A stretch of 64,000 nt of DNA from Octopus vulgaris (lineage: Eukaryota). Under the pieces are notes generated by a model. It made no database searches and was not told where the DNA came from. It worked only from the letters and a program-made list of their open reading frames with translations. Location: NCBI GenBank assembly GCA_951406725.2, contig OX597816.1, positions 110,298,001 through 110,362,000 of the forward strand, in the 5' to 3' direction. A program made the translations under genes and the position numbers. Positions within the stretch are counted from its first letter, which is position 1. Every line of letters starts with the position of its first letter. Shown piece by piece: positions 12,440 to 26,167 of this stretch.

Positions 12440-13175
12440 TAGTAAGCTCTGGGATGATAGTCACATTCATCATCAAAGCAGTCTATCATGGACCAACTGA
12501 TGGATTACTACCTCCCACTTTGTATGGTATGCGTCTGTAATCCAGGAACAGGAAATATCAACGAAATACCTGATGCTCAAAGGGGATAGAGATGCAGGAA
12601 AAGCAGTAAAATGTGACGACCGATGCAGACTTTGTAGAATTATCACCGAAAATATCACCTAAATCATATGGGTTTTTCCGAAAAAGACGTCACGGTATTA
12701 TCTAACGATGAATCATGATGTAACTAGGATAATCTATAATAAAATCCATCTGAAGGATAACCCCAAGGACAAAGAAATAAGAACCTACAGTATGGTAGTG
12801 GCTATATCTACACATAATAAAAAAGGAGTACTGGTGGAACGTCCCAGTGAAGACCTCAATAAAATGTAAGCACAACAGACCTGATATAAATATTTGGGAT
12901 GCAGAAGAGAAAATGTGCACATTTGTGGAAATTAGCTGCCCAATTAACAGTGAAAAAGAGAATACCTACGCTGAACTATTGAGAAATCTCCAGTTACTCA
13001 ATCTAGATTACAAGTTCAGTTTTATAACTGTATTTATTGGGGCCCTGAGATATATAACACACTGCCTAAATACCCATCTTGCGAAATTAGAAAGGAAAAA
13101 GCTAATTTGAAGATTACAGATCCAATCCACAACTGCAACTGTAAAATATGTGAGACATTTCTCAAGTTTATAATT
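12440..13175 (+). mobile_element. Decayed R4/Dong-like non-LTR retrotransposon 3' region (zinc knuckle and restriction-like endonuclease)
   Basis: IQEQEISTKYL...DDRCRLC, then HNRPDINIWDAEEKMCTFVEISCP...K...Y...FIGAL, the PD-(D/E)xK RLE layout. Confidence 0.8.
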
Positions 13176-16100
13176 TAAATATGTATGTGCATGTCGAGAT
13201 ATGCAACTATGTATCATCATGCATAAAACAAAACATACACATCTGCACACATAAATACATACACACATACATACATACATACATAAATACATACATACAT
13301 ACATACATACCCTGTTTTTAATGTTGAAATATGAAATTTGTTACCTTCTTCTCTAAATATATAAGGGTATTCTCTATTTCTTTCCTTAGTTTACTTACTT
13401 TTCAATAATTTTGATTGGTTTTACGCCAAGAAATTTTGTCTAATCAGCTTTATATATTTTGTATATCTACACAACTGAACAGACAGAATATTTTAGAACA
13501 AACTAATAGGAATTTTGTTGATTAGACTCCAGCAAGACTCCAAGAGAGTGGTATCAGTTTTAATCACTATAATTGTATGTCTATTTTCATTTTACTCGAT
13601 TGTATTTGATGCTGATGCGCTTCCACTGGTGATGATGATGAATGGTAACGGAAGAAATTTTGAATACATGAAATAATATTAATCATATTAGTGAAATAAG
13701 AGTAGGTAACATAATAGGCTAATGTTAGTGTACATTTCTTTGACTCTGTAATTTACGACTTATTAAACCTATATCCGAAGTGTTGTTTAATGTAACCTAG
13801 GAGTTCTTAATGGTAGTGATCACTATGTAATTGTATTTGATATTTAGTCTTCTAGTGAGGTGTAGATATATATATTGACGTAGTGAGGTGTAGACATATA
13901 TTGACGGAATATACAACGCAGGTTCGGCTCATTGTAAGGAAATAATCTCTTCACATTTGATATATCGAATGATTCGACAATATTCATATGGCATCACTGG
14001 CTTGTTTTTGTTTAGCAATTGTCTTGATATGTTTCATTTTCGGCACACAACACAGTCAATATATTTGAATCAATGCATTATTTGAGCTGTTTGTTGATGT
14101 TTTATCTATGTCAATGGAAAGTAAAGTGTTCTTTAAATATTTAGCTCAACACTCTCTAGGTTGCATTTTGCATTAATCTATAGTCTGAAGTCGACGACAA
14201 TTCTATAAGTGTTCAGCCTTTACACCTATGAAGTGTTACTTGTGGGAGCAACATGTATATGGACATATTTGTGAATTCGGTGAAATAATTTTGAGGGTTT
14301 ATATTATGAGACACGGTAAAGAACATTAACTAACGTGCTGTAGATCTGGCTCTTTTGAAGAAGCATATATCATTATAGCAATAGAAGAATGACAGAAAGC
14401 AAGTGTGTGTACGTGTGTGTGTTTGTGTGTATGTTTGTGTGTGTGTGCATGTGTATGTGCATTGGAGTGGTGTTAGTTGTTTATAACTTCTTCGTGGATG
14501 AATTTTTACGAATTTATGAAACGCCTTTGGATTCAGCTTTATAATTATCAACTGTCATAATGACTTTCTAGGCGTAGTAGGCGTATCATACGATACGTGT
14601 TTCCTATTACTTATTTTATATATGATTTAATACTTCTGCCCTGACCTGTAATAGCATGTAAATGAAACTAAACACTTCAAGAAATTGAATTCAAAATCTA
14701 GAAGATCTACGTATAATGTGACTAAACAGTGAGAGTTTTGCCTGCGCCACACTTCTACAGTTCTATACCCAATAATATCAATGGGAGTACATTCAGGTAA
14801 ATGATGTCTTTTAGCTTCCATACTCTATGTCTTACGTAGCCAATACTTCCTCCTAATTCTTTCTCTTAATTACAAACCACTTGTTTGTATTAATGTTCTT
14901 ATTTAAAGAGGTGCTACAACCACATTCATACACAATTCATATCTGCAAACATAAAGAAATGACATTTGACTTCTACGCAATACTTTTAGTGTCCAGCGAT
15001 TTGCAACGTTCTTTCCTATATTACTACACCGGTTTGTATTAATTTGAAGAAACCACCTCACTTAACCTTTTCAGCGCAAATTCAGTTGACTAGCTTGTTT
15101 TATAAAACATTGTTAAATTAGATATCTCCTTCCTTCAAATGCATTCAATTTGAACATATATCTTGCCTGAACATATATCAACAGATGCCTGGAAATGACA
15201 ACATAAGCTACTTCGATATTTCAGTATGATATAAAAGTTCTAAAGATTTAAATTAAAAAATTTAAATTATGGCCTCTAATCTTGGCACACAGTAAGACGT
15301 ATACCTGTAGATTGTATGTTGTATCTTAAGAACCTTAATAATCATACTAAAGATATTCTAATAACAAAGAGTAACTTAATGCTGAGAAGTTTTCGTCTAT
15401 ATCCTACAGAGTTTTCTATTAACCCACACTCATAGAACGAATGATAGAATAATCTAATTCCTACATGAATTTTTAAGAAACTAATTGCGCCGATTTATTA
15501 TAGAACGAACAAAATTTGTATATACGGTGATGTAGAAACGCTTACATATTTCTTCCACGCGTACTTTGGACATATATTACGTATTTATATGGATTTAGCA
15601 TCTTTGTGAATTCCAAAGGGAGGGAGCTACCTACTTGCAATAAGAAATTTCAATAAAAACCAAGGAATGTGAAAGCATATGAAAAGTACATGCACACACA
15701 CCCATGCTCACGCACACAAACATATATATTGTAATGTATCGATATTCTTTTGTATTATCTATATCGAATATCTTACAAATTCTACTAAGTGGTTATCATG
15801 TATAATACTATTTTATATACGTTTACTAGACCTATCTCCACCATTAATTATATCAGCTAGGTAGCACGTCTTTAAAAATTAATATATATACAAAAGAAAC
15901 ATTTATAAATCGTCGTGAATTATATGAACAGAAAGCAAGGAAAGAGCGATAGATAAAGGAAGATATATTCAATTTGAGGGTGGACAACTTCCCAGAATTT
16001 CAATAAAACTACTCGACTGGAAACACCACTATTGACGTGGTAAATTAAATGAGGGTTAATCAAAGAATGTGCTATAAATTCATTGTCTAAGTAGAATAGA

Positions 16101-17684
16101 AGTTAATATTCCATGTGAAAACGTTATCTAATAGAATTTCCATAGACTTATACTAAATTAACAATGAACTATTAATCTCTAGATTAAATTTCCTTATTCA
16201 TTTCTTTGCTTTCAAGTGTGAAATATATGAAAGACGTATGAGAATTTTATGCTAGAAATGGATCTGTGTTACAATAAGGATGATTTGAAAATACAGACAA
16301 ACAAGTACATTCCACTTCAAATATCGAGCATGGTCGCGCTTGTTCACACACGTACAAAAACATATGTATGCGTATATAATATAATATAATATAATATAAT
16401 ATAATATAATATGACATAATATAATATAATATAATATGATATAATACAATATATATATATGTGTGGGGGGGGGTGCGTGTATGTGTGTATGTGTGTGTGT
16501 GCGTACATGCGCGTATATTCCTTATGTATTGGAAAACTTTGTTGCCGATTTTCACTATGGGGTATCAAAAAATTCCGTAATCTTTCGCCTACCAGACAAA
16601 ACTTTATTTTCATTTACATATTTGTATTACAAAAATTTAACATTAGAATCTTCCTATAAAGTCAACTATCGTAAACGACATTTCATACGTCGACGACGAC
16701 GTTGTCGACGTCGCATCCTCCTCCATATCGTCATTCGACGTAAGGTATTTCGATAGATGGACAAAGGTAAATAGTCCAAATGTGTGAGTGAGTTAGAAAG
16801 ACAGAGAGAGAGAGAGAGAGGGAGAGAGTGAATGAAACAGATAGAGTAAAAGACGAACTACTACAAAAGGGGAGAGAGAATATATATGAGCGAGAGAAAC
16901 ACAGGATTTGAAAAAGACAGAGAAGAGAGAAAGAAACAGAGGGAGAAAAACAAGTTTTTATAGGAGAATTTGAAAGAGTGGGGGAAAGCGAGAGTGAGAG
17001 AGACAATGATGTTTGACAATGTATGTGTTTTATAGGTAAAGGTGAAAGAAAACCGGCACAAAGAGAAGGGAGAAGCGGGAAAGAGAGAAAGAGAGAGAGA
17101 GAAGATGAAACTGTATATGTTCATGCTTTGTGTGTTTGCGTGCATTCGGCGTTCCATAATTGCCTTTTATTTCAACCACCCCTGTGAAGATATTCACGAG
17201 ACTTTCACTCATCTTTTTTTTAACCCCCATTTTAAATTTTGATAAAGTTTCCGAAAAAATATTCGTACTTTCTACAAGAGGAAATGGAGTAGATGTAGAT
17301 GATAAGTATTCTACAGTGAAGCAAAGACGAGTAGAGGTTGTCACAACGCTACTAGTGACGCCTGCACAACAACAGCAACGACATGAAAACGTTCGAAAAT
17401 GAGCTCCTGCAAGCAATGAGTCACAAGATGCAAGGGGAAAACGGTTAGAACAATTAAGTCAACAATATACAATCTGCAGAAGCCAAGAGTCAAAAGAAGG
17501 AAAGATAAAAACATTTCAAGTATGCCAGACAACGACAAGCTGCCAGGGTCACCAATAAATATATATATATTGCAATTTCTGTTTATCTACCTGTTAACAT
17601 CTTAGTGCCTAATCCAGCGAACCAATGTTCTCAACATTTTGCATACATCTTACTCTAACATCCAGTTCAACAATAGGCTAATTG

Positions 17685-18966
17685 TCAGGTCATCCCATAA
17701 GTTCTGTCCCAATTTACGTGTTTTATAATTGAATGAAATTTAATAGTATTTTAGAATGTCTAATGGAATTAAAAATTATCTAAATTCATTTTACTCTTTA
17801 CTATTTTACTCATTTACTTGTTTCAGTCATTTGACTGCGGCCATGCTGGAGCACTGCCTGTAGTTGAGCAAATCGGCCCCAGGACTTATACTTTGTAAGC
17901 CGAGTACTTATTCTATGGGTCTCTTTTGCCGAACCGCTATGTTATGAGGATGTAAACACACCAACATCGGTGGTCAAACGGTGTTGGGAGGACAAACATA
18001 CACACAAACATATACACACATACATATTTATATATGCATATATATTTGACGGGCTTCTTTCAGTTTCTGTCTACAAATCCACTTACAAGGCTTTGTTCTG
18101 CTCGAGGTTATAGTAGAAGACACGTTCCCAAGGTGCCACACATTGTGACTGAACCCAAAACCGTGTGGCTAGTAAGCAAGCTGCTTACCACACAGCCACT
18201 CTTGCGCCTATTTTTGTACATTTAAACTAATCAGATACTATTTTACAGAATAATAGAATTAACATTTCTTTGGTTAAAACCCTTTTTAATATGGAAGTAT
18301 CCTAAAAGAATTTAAGGCACATAATGCTTTATGAGTACAAAAAAGGAAACTCTGCAGCCGAAATGTTAAACGTTTTAAACTGTGGATTGGTAAAAGGGAA
18401 AAAGCTCAACCATAATCGAGAAGGGGACTTCATGGAAAATAGGTTCTTCTCTGTATCTGGTGGATAGAGAATTGTTACTACCTAATGCAATAGTCAATGC
18501 TTATGTCTACACTCAGCAATTAGAGCGTTTGAACCAAGCTTTGAAGAAAAAAAGGCCCGCTTTAATGAATGGGAAAAGAATGATATTTCATCAGGACAAT
18601 GCGCGACCCCACACTGCAAAGATCACATCACAGAAGGTCGAAGAGCTTCATTGGGAAAAATTCCTCATCCACCTTATTCTCCCGACCTTGCTCCTTCAAA
18701 CTACCATTTGTTTCGTAGTTTACAGAGTCATTTGTGGGATATAACTTTCGCAAGCCTGGAGGAGATCGAAACTGACAGTTCAGAGTTCTTCCCTCTGAAA
18801 CCAAAAGAGTTTTACATACACGGGATTAAATAGCTTGTAAACAGATGGAAGGAAGTATTAGATAATCAAGGAAAATTACATTGATGATTAAATTTCAATT
18901 AAATATAACATTCGATCACTTGTTTTCTTTATTCAAAATTCGGACAGTACTTATGGGATGGACTGA
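17685..18966 (+). mobile_element. Mariner (DD34D-type) transposon, internally deleted, with a nested SINE
   Basis: TIRs TCAGGTCATCCCATAAGTTCTGTCC and GGACAGTACTTATGGGATGGACTGA(TA). Transposase remnants FHQDNARPH and PHPPYSPDLAPSNYHLFRSL in two frames (18460-18833). Confidence 0.9.
17789..18208 (-). mobile_element. Near full-length SINE, family A, inserted in the mariner
   Basis: Complete reverse-complement copy from the tail to the head (...cacagccactcttgcgcc). Confidence 0.88.
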
Positions 18967-19569
18967 TATATTTCAATAAAAATCTATAACGTGCACCCCG
19001 TTCCTAAGGCGTTGAGCAATTTATATGATAAAATGTATTAGTACGGGGTGAAAGGAAGTAATAGAGAGAGGTTGACATATCAGCGAAGGCCTGAACAGCG
19101 GTGTCAGTGGGATGGTAATATTACTACAGAACACACACACGCACACGCATACATACGCACGCGCACACACATACGCACGCACAGAAAGTGGGGTGGGAAG
19201 AATATGTAACTTTAAGGAGAGAGCGGGTAGGTAGTTTTTTGCTGTCCATCGAAATTAAATACTTATACACAGACACACACATTCATGCATAGGTTCACAT
19301 ACATTCGTACGGATATACATATGTCTACTATACACCATTTTAAACTTGTGATTACCTGTGCGTACGTTTACAAATGTGTGTGTGTGTGAGACGCCCTATA
19401 TTGTCTGTTTCTCTACGTTTGTAGGGTCACATATTTAAAATTACGTCAAAATCTCCAAATTTGGCACATTGTAAGAATTTTCCACATTTTCTGATTTTTA
19501 AATTAATTTGTTCCAGAAATGTTGCAGAAAAATGTTACTGAGGCTGGAAGTTTAATCAGTTTTACCTTC

Positions 19570-19810
19570 GTTTGGGGATCACACCTACTTTATCATCTCC
19601 CTTTCTTCCTAGCTCCCATGTGTGAACCCTCTGTCCGGAATTCGCCATGATAGATCGCTAGCTATTAAACCCTTCTCTAGTTTTTCTCCTTGTTTATTTC
19701 TGTGATCCTTTCTGTCAAGGTGCGTAGGCTTGAAACGTAAAAGACTTTCTCCCTTCCCGAGAGTTAGACTAATACATCTGTTTGGTGTTTACTCACCCGT
19801 CTTCGTCTTT
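19570..19810 (+). mobile_element. PLE-type terminal repeat fragment with a degenerate hammerhead
   Basis: 19708-19743 reads CTTT-CTGTCAA-GGTGC-GTAG-GCTT-GAAACGTA-AAAG. Same layout as the 40837-40871 ribozyme, with a mutated core. Confidence 0.5.
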
Positions 19811-20730
19811 AATTTCCAGACAGATAAAGTGAGAGACAGGGAGAGAAACATATAGACAGACAGACAGATAGATTCAAGCAAGGGAACGCAGAAAAATAAA
19901 CGTACAAATTGCTGACAGTATATATTATAGATTAAAAATGATATAATGCAAGAAGAATATAACACATTATTACTATATTTCCAAGCATGTTATATATATG
20001 TAGGCAGATTTATAGCTCCATAATATCTAAGTTAAAAAAAAAAGCCTTATAACATTCAATTTGTGAGATTCTGCTGCTTAGAAAGTTATACGCTACTTTA
20101 TTCCGTAGAAGAAAGAAAACGCACATAATATATCCTATGGTATGTCATCATTTTAGAACGAAAAACCAGTGATTGTGTATCCAAAGAAGAATAATGCAAA
20201 TTGTCAGTCTGTTTGACAGTTAGATGGAACTTTAAATATTTGAAATAGTCAATTACATCGTCGCAGTCTTTCTTTTGTTAATATCAGATTCAACACATCT
20301 GATAATAATAGGATATGGCACCTATATACCATAGCATCTAAACAGAAATTCACAATAAATATACTTATTATAGAAGTAAATGTATACTGAATATAAAATT
20401 AATTGCAATCATAAAGTGGTGAATTATAAATGTTTGATGAAATACAGCATATTGTAATTGTGAGAAGAAAATAATGTTGATGATTTGAAATCTGAAAGAT
20501 GAAGATTTGTAAAGAATATTAGTGAAGTATATTTCCGATGAAATAGAGATGTATAAACTAAATATTTTCGAAAATTTAATATTTCTTGTTAAATAAAACT
20601 ATTGTTACTTGTTACTCTTGAATATGTTCGGGTATCGAATTTGACACGTTATGAACATGCCTATATATCCTAAGAAAGATGGGAGACACACATTAATGAT
20701 TTTTATAAAAATATTACGACTTCACTTTGA

Positions 20731-20772
<42 letters not shown>

Positions 20773-20849
20773 TAGATAGATAGATAGATATACATACACG
20801 TGTGTATGTCTGTGTGTATTTGAGTCAAAATTTGGCAGAGCCAACTGTT

Positions 20850-21003
20850 TACAGTAGGGGTTAGTTGATCAGACATCCCTCAGTACTTAACTGGTTTTAT
20901 CGACCCAAAATGGATTGAAGGTAAAGGTGGTCTCAGACCGTAAAGGCGACCACATGCCCCTAAGTGTTTTGCTCTGTGGGCTAAGAGTTCTGCCAACTCT
21001 CCA
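20850..21003 (-). mobile_element. SINE family B fragment
   Basis: Shares ttatcgac...aagg..aaag...ctcagaccgtaa...gctaa.ga.tctgc with 35853-36053 and 44232-44378. Confidence 0.6.
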
Positions 21004-21286
21004 ACAATATACATACAATTAGAAGTTTTTTTGTGCAAATACATTTACAACTGCGACTATTGTGTTTAGGGCTCCAACTTCATTATCATAATCCAGTGTT
21101 CTTGTATAATTATTTAGTAACATCTGCAGCGAGTAGTATAACTAGGTAAGGGGTACCGAGAAAATATAGGAAAAATAAGGTAATAATTATCTGCAACATT
21201 ATGCAACAAAGAATGTCATAAATATCCGTTGTAGAAATATTAATAATGCAAATACGTTTTTATTCTTAGTTGTCATATATATATAT

Positions 21287-21339
<53 letters not shown>

Positions 21340-21503
21340 TAAATTATTAAATTAGAGATAAAACCACTATTAGGCAAATCATACAATGAAAATCTTAAGC
21401 CAATACATAAGATTATTTAATATAATATAATATTTTACTATAAAATTGGATTCAATCCTAAATCTGATTTTTCCCTGAATGTTTGGATTTATTCCCTAAT
21501 ATT

Positions 21504-21510
<7 letters not shown>
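21340..21510. mobile_element. Two oppositely oriented PLE-type 3' ends joined inside (TA)n
   Basis: Left part matches the gagataaaaccactattaggc block. Right part (ttttccctg...tttggatttattccctaatatttatta) recurs at ~6243-6270 and ~42145-42185, each followed by (TA)n. Confidence 0.55.
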
Positions 21511-21544
<34 letters not shown>

Positions 21545-21713
21545 CCTCGTCTCACGTTCCTCTGCGATCGCTTCAACACCCATAATGTGGTACACCGGGC
21601 CAACTTCGCTTTTATGGGCAGCTCACACATCCCAATAAACAAATTATCTCTGCAGGGCGTTCAGCAAAACCTGAGCACTCATATATTGTCTTCGGCGGAT
21701 GGTTCTGTCATGG

Positions 21714-21747
<34 letters not shown>

Positions 21748-21799
21748 GTGTGTGTATGTAAGTGTATGTGTCTGTGTGTCTCGAAAATTATTTAATATC

Positions 21800-22545
21800 A
21801 ATAGATACCTATGACAGTCGCCAGATGGATTATGTAATAAGAATTTTCATGCATAAATTAGGTGTTTGATGCCTCCACAAATTATATGTTAATCCTATAC
21901 TATGTCATATTCATTTTGCCATATGCCACATATTCAGTATTATTCTTGTATGACAGGTACAAAGTTATTTCACTCACTGAGATAATTGAGCAAAACGTCC
22001 GTGGGTATTATTTTGAGGGTATTATTTTGAGGCCCTTATAGTATTTGAATGCGTTTCCGATTGACGCATTCAAAACGGGTATATGTTTTGTGATAAAATA
22101 TGACTCTTTGTTAATGCATCGTCACTGAATTTTTTGATGGGAAAATTCTGAAGCTGTGTTATTCGTTATTGGCGGAAATGCCGATGTGTTCGCTGAATGC
22201 TATTTTTCTGTATTCATGAATTTTGATATGGGATCTATGTATAACCCTCCTATGATGTAGACTGTTTTTGGTTTGGCCTATATATTGCTCTCGAAACCCT
22301 GAACAAGTTAATACATATATCAGGTTTTCCGAAGCATACGTGATGTTGTTTTTCAGTGTAAAACGTTGACCCTGTTTGAAAAAGAAATCCAATCCCTCAA
22401 TATGGTTGACGAATATGGTACACTTAGATCATCCGCAGTTTTTCCTTGACGGTTGCAGTGTTGTTGTCGAGTGTACTAGGGCTTGTGTTAGGAAAATCTT
22501 TCGTAGATTTGGCTTACCTTTTGCTCTTGAGAGCAAAAGACAACT
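21800..22545 (-). mobile_element. Penelope-like element 3' fragment: linker, GIY-YIG endonuclease and 3' repeat
   Basis: ORF 22159-22392 contains SENLIYVLTCSGFREQYIGQTKNSLHHRRVIHRSHI (GIY-YIG). A decayed Cys-containing linker lies upstream and a partial hammerhead-type repeat lies at 21813-21835. Confidence 0.85.
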
Positions 22546-22547
22546 TA

Positions 22548-22720
22548 CTTTATCGGCCTGCTTGATTACAGGGATGTAAACACACATCATCGGTTGTCAA
22601 GCGATGGTGGTGTGGGCCAAATACACACAAACACATATATATGTAGTATATAAGACGGACATCTTTCAGTTTCAGTTTCCGTCTACGACTTTGTTTGCCC
22701 CGTGGCTGTAGTAGAAGACA
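22548..22720 (-). mobile_element. SINE family A internal fragment
   Basis: gatgtaaacacacatcatcggttgtcaagcgatggtg...cagtttccgtctac...gctgtagtagaagacac. Confidence 0.75.
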
Positions 22721-22749
22721 CACACATACACATACACACACACACACAT

Positions 22750-22782
<33 letters not shown>

Positions 22783-23541
22783 CATATGCTTCTAAAAGTG
22801 CATTCATAAACATGCATCCTTGGCTGCATGTGCAAGTATGTATGTGTTTGTACATACATGCAGGAAGAAAATACAACACTGATACGAAGGTATCTACATC
22901 TTAGAGGTCTGTGAAGTTTTTCTTCGCATATTTTATTGTTAAAGCACACTAATTGTCACTTGAGAAGAAAAATAATAAAGTAAGGAATCTTTCATAAATC
23001 ATTTATTTGCGTTGGGCATGTCATCTAATTAGCTACTTTAAGAATTTTCCTTGCATATATGAAATTTCTTGTTTAGTTAACAAACGTATTGTATCGACAA
23101 TTGAGTGGAAATCTAGCAAAACTAAAGGTGAATTGTACTGTTTGCTATATATATATTCATATTTGAATTAAAAGTCGTGCACACACATGTACATACATAT
23201 ATGATCGTCACATATTACATTTACATATATATATATACATACATATACACACACACACATAATATATATATATATATATACATATATATAGACAGAGAGA
23301 GAGTGAGACAGACAGACACACACACACACAGACAGACGGATAGAGAAAGAATGGTTAAAGTTAATACGAACATTTATTGATGTTTACTTTAGCGAACTGG
23401 TGTGTAAAAGCACTTCATGTACACAGTAATCTTTTGAAAGATTAGCAGATCTCACACCTTGACGGGTGTTTTCTGTATACAACTCCACTTTTTATTAGTG
23501 CCTCCATCTATCATATTGATGTACGTATTTTTGTACATATA

Positions 23542-24330
23542 TTGGGTCATCTCATAAATAATGCTGTTTTTTCAATTGCATGAAGTAAAAGTTGGAGGAT
23601 GATGGGATAAACTATCTGCATCCTTGCTATAAAGAGAGGTAGTGCAAATTTTGAAGAATCGAGTTCGATTTAAACAGTTATATTTTCTAAGCTACATCGG
23701 AAGTAGCAATGGAGCATATTCCGCATATTTTGCTTTATGAGTTCAATAAAAGCAACAACGAAATGGTAAGCAGTAAATGGGGATCGGGCAATAAGCATAA
23801 GCCAGTGTCAATAGTTGTTCCAGAAATTCCGAGACAGAAAGCCTTGGAGATGGAAGATCTGTAGAGCTCGACAAGGACGTCCTGCAAGCCCAGCTAGAAC
23901 ACAATTCCATCGTGACTGTTGAGGATCTAGCAGAGAAACTTAGATTTGGTTATTCAAACATTCATCGACAACTGCATGCCATCGAAATTCTAATCAAATC
24001 TTTCCGAGTCTAATTGCGCACAGACAAAGAATGCGTGCCCTTCTTGGCTGTTACGTCTTACGAATGTACTTTTTACAGACCAAAGAGTGATTGGGAAAGA
24101 GAAATTGGTTCTTTATAAAAATGTCAAGCGCCGAAGACTGTGGGTAAGGAATGGAGAAACACAAGCACCCAAGCTCAAGAAGATCTTCACTCATGTAAGG
24201 TGTTATTAACTGTTTGCTGGGATATGATAGGTTTAGTTCACTTTGAACTTTTAAACCCGAACCAAACGATAAAAAATGAGCTCTACTGCGAGCAGCTTGA
24301 GCGGCTTAACTCAGCGTTAGAAGTAAACCA
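23542..24330 (+). mobile_element. Mariner transposon, 5' part, decayed
   Basis: TA followed by the TIR-like TTGGGTCATCTCATAAATAATGC. Transposase remnant KVLLTVCWDMIGLVHFELLNPNQTIKNELYCEQLERL. Confidence 0.85.
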
Positions 24331-25149
24331 ACGCCTGCAAAGTGTAAAGTTTGTGGCATTGCAAATTTGAAACTGGATGACATAATTATTCCCGGTAGGC
24401 TTCTTCTATTAGTTCGATTCATGTTTGCATATGCTCTGGAAATATCAAATAAAAAACAAAATCGTGTTTAGAATAATGTCTTTGTGATATGAATAATATA
24501 AATAAATTAATATCTCTTAACTATAATTATGATGTATGTTTATTAGCTAAAATATTGTATCATTTAATATATTTTATATTATGCAAAGCAGATAATAATA
24601 GATCACGATAAAAGTTTGTGCTTTGTATTTTAATTAACAATGAACTGGTGCACATAATTAGTAAAAATGTTCACATTTATTTCAGTTTTGAATTACCGTC
24701 AAATAAAAAGGACTTGATAATTAGTAAATATTCAGTTTTATGTGAAAGAAAAAAAAAATATAACTACATAAACTACTGATGTATATCTATCTTATTCAAT
24801 ATCTCAATGATATAATCTTGCATTCTTCCATATTTTCTCCTTTTTTTGTCATAGTATTGCTTCTTCTCTTCATATCTCTCTTTAGTTCCTTCATACGTTA
24901 GTCTACTGTAGTTGACGATTTATCATATTCTAAAATTGTTCAATAATTATCATTATTATTATTATTTGATGAAAGCTTTCACCGTATTTTACTGGGTATG
25001 ATGAAAAGTATTCGCTGTTCAAGGCCAGTCGACTAAAGTCACACTTGTTTACTGGTCATGCAAAGCATTCTTGCAGATCCAAGCAATTCTGATTTTTGAA
25101 TGAGAGGTATAAAAATGTAACAAAGTACCAGGGCCTAGCCGTTGAATTA

Positions 25150-25690
25150 CAGAGAACCTCAGTAAGTATCGTAGCTGTCCTAAATAACGCTGTTTTCTGG
25201 ATTTGTACTAAACAAGATTTTATATCTATTTACTTTATCCATTTGTTCAAATATTTAGCGATAGTTCCTAATGCACCTATAAATACTGGGATATAATTTA
25301 CCCGCACTTACCATAGTCTCTGTAATTCAACGAGTAGATCCTGGTACTTTCCTACTTTTTTATATCGCTCATATTGATATTTTTCATTATTTGGGATTGT
25401 AAAATCAATTATCTAGTAATTTTCCCTTTATCTACTACTACTAAATCAGGCCTTCTATCTTTGATTATTCTCTCAGTCTGAATGTTAAAGTCCTACAACA
25501 TCTTATATTTCTTACTTTCTAGTACTTTACTAAGTTCATGCTTATGCCATTTATCAGTATGCTCAAATCCTATCTTTCTACTTAACTCCCAGTGGATTAC
25601 TCTACCTAAGACGTCATATCTTTCCTTGTATTGTTTCTGTGCAAGCATGTTACATTCTCTTGCTTTATGAGTTACACTTTCCTCTTTTGA
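25150..25690 (-). mobile_element. Decayed R4/Dong-like RLE fragment
   Basis: Minus strand retains DFNIQTERIIKDRRPDL, KYQDL and IGALGT-like motifs. Confidence 0.65.
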
Positions 25691-26167
25691 TTTGCATAAC
25701 CTACGTTGAGACTCTAATCTTTACCACGCCAGACAAAATGCTTGGTGGCATTTCGTTCGATTTCACATCCGAAGTCGTCTTTATCTTTTATTATTCAAGT
25801 CTCAATGAAATAATTACCAGTAAGCACTTGTGTCTAGATAATCGACTTACACCGCCTCCAAAACAGCCAAAATTTTAAATCTTTATTATTATTTTGAAGT
25901 TGGTCAGCACTCCAGAAAATTTCAGAAAATTTCATTGGTCTTAGCATTCAAATTTCTTCAAGGTTGCCTTTTCCTTCCATCATTTCGAAGTCAAAAAAAT
26001 AAGTATCAATCAAACGCTGGAGTCGATGTAATCGAGTCACCCTTCCAGTCTTCTACTTATTTCTCCTCCTCTCCCTCCTCATTCTGTTCCTTCTCCCTTT
26101 CCCTCCTTCTCCTTACCTCCCACTCCTCCTTCTTATTAATAATAATAATAATAATAATAATCATAAT

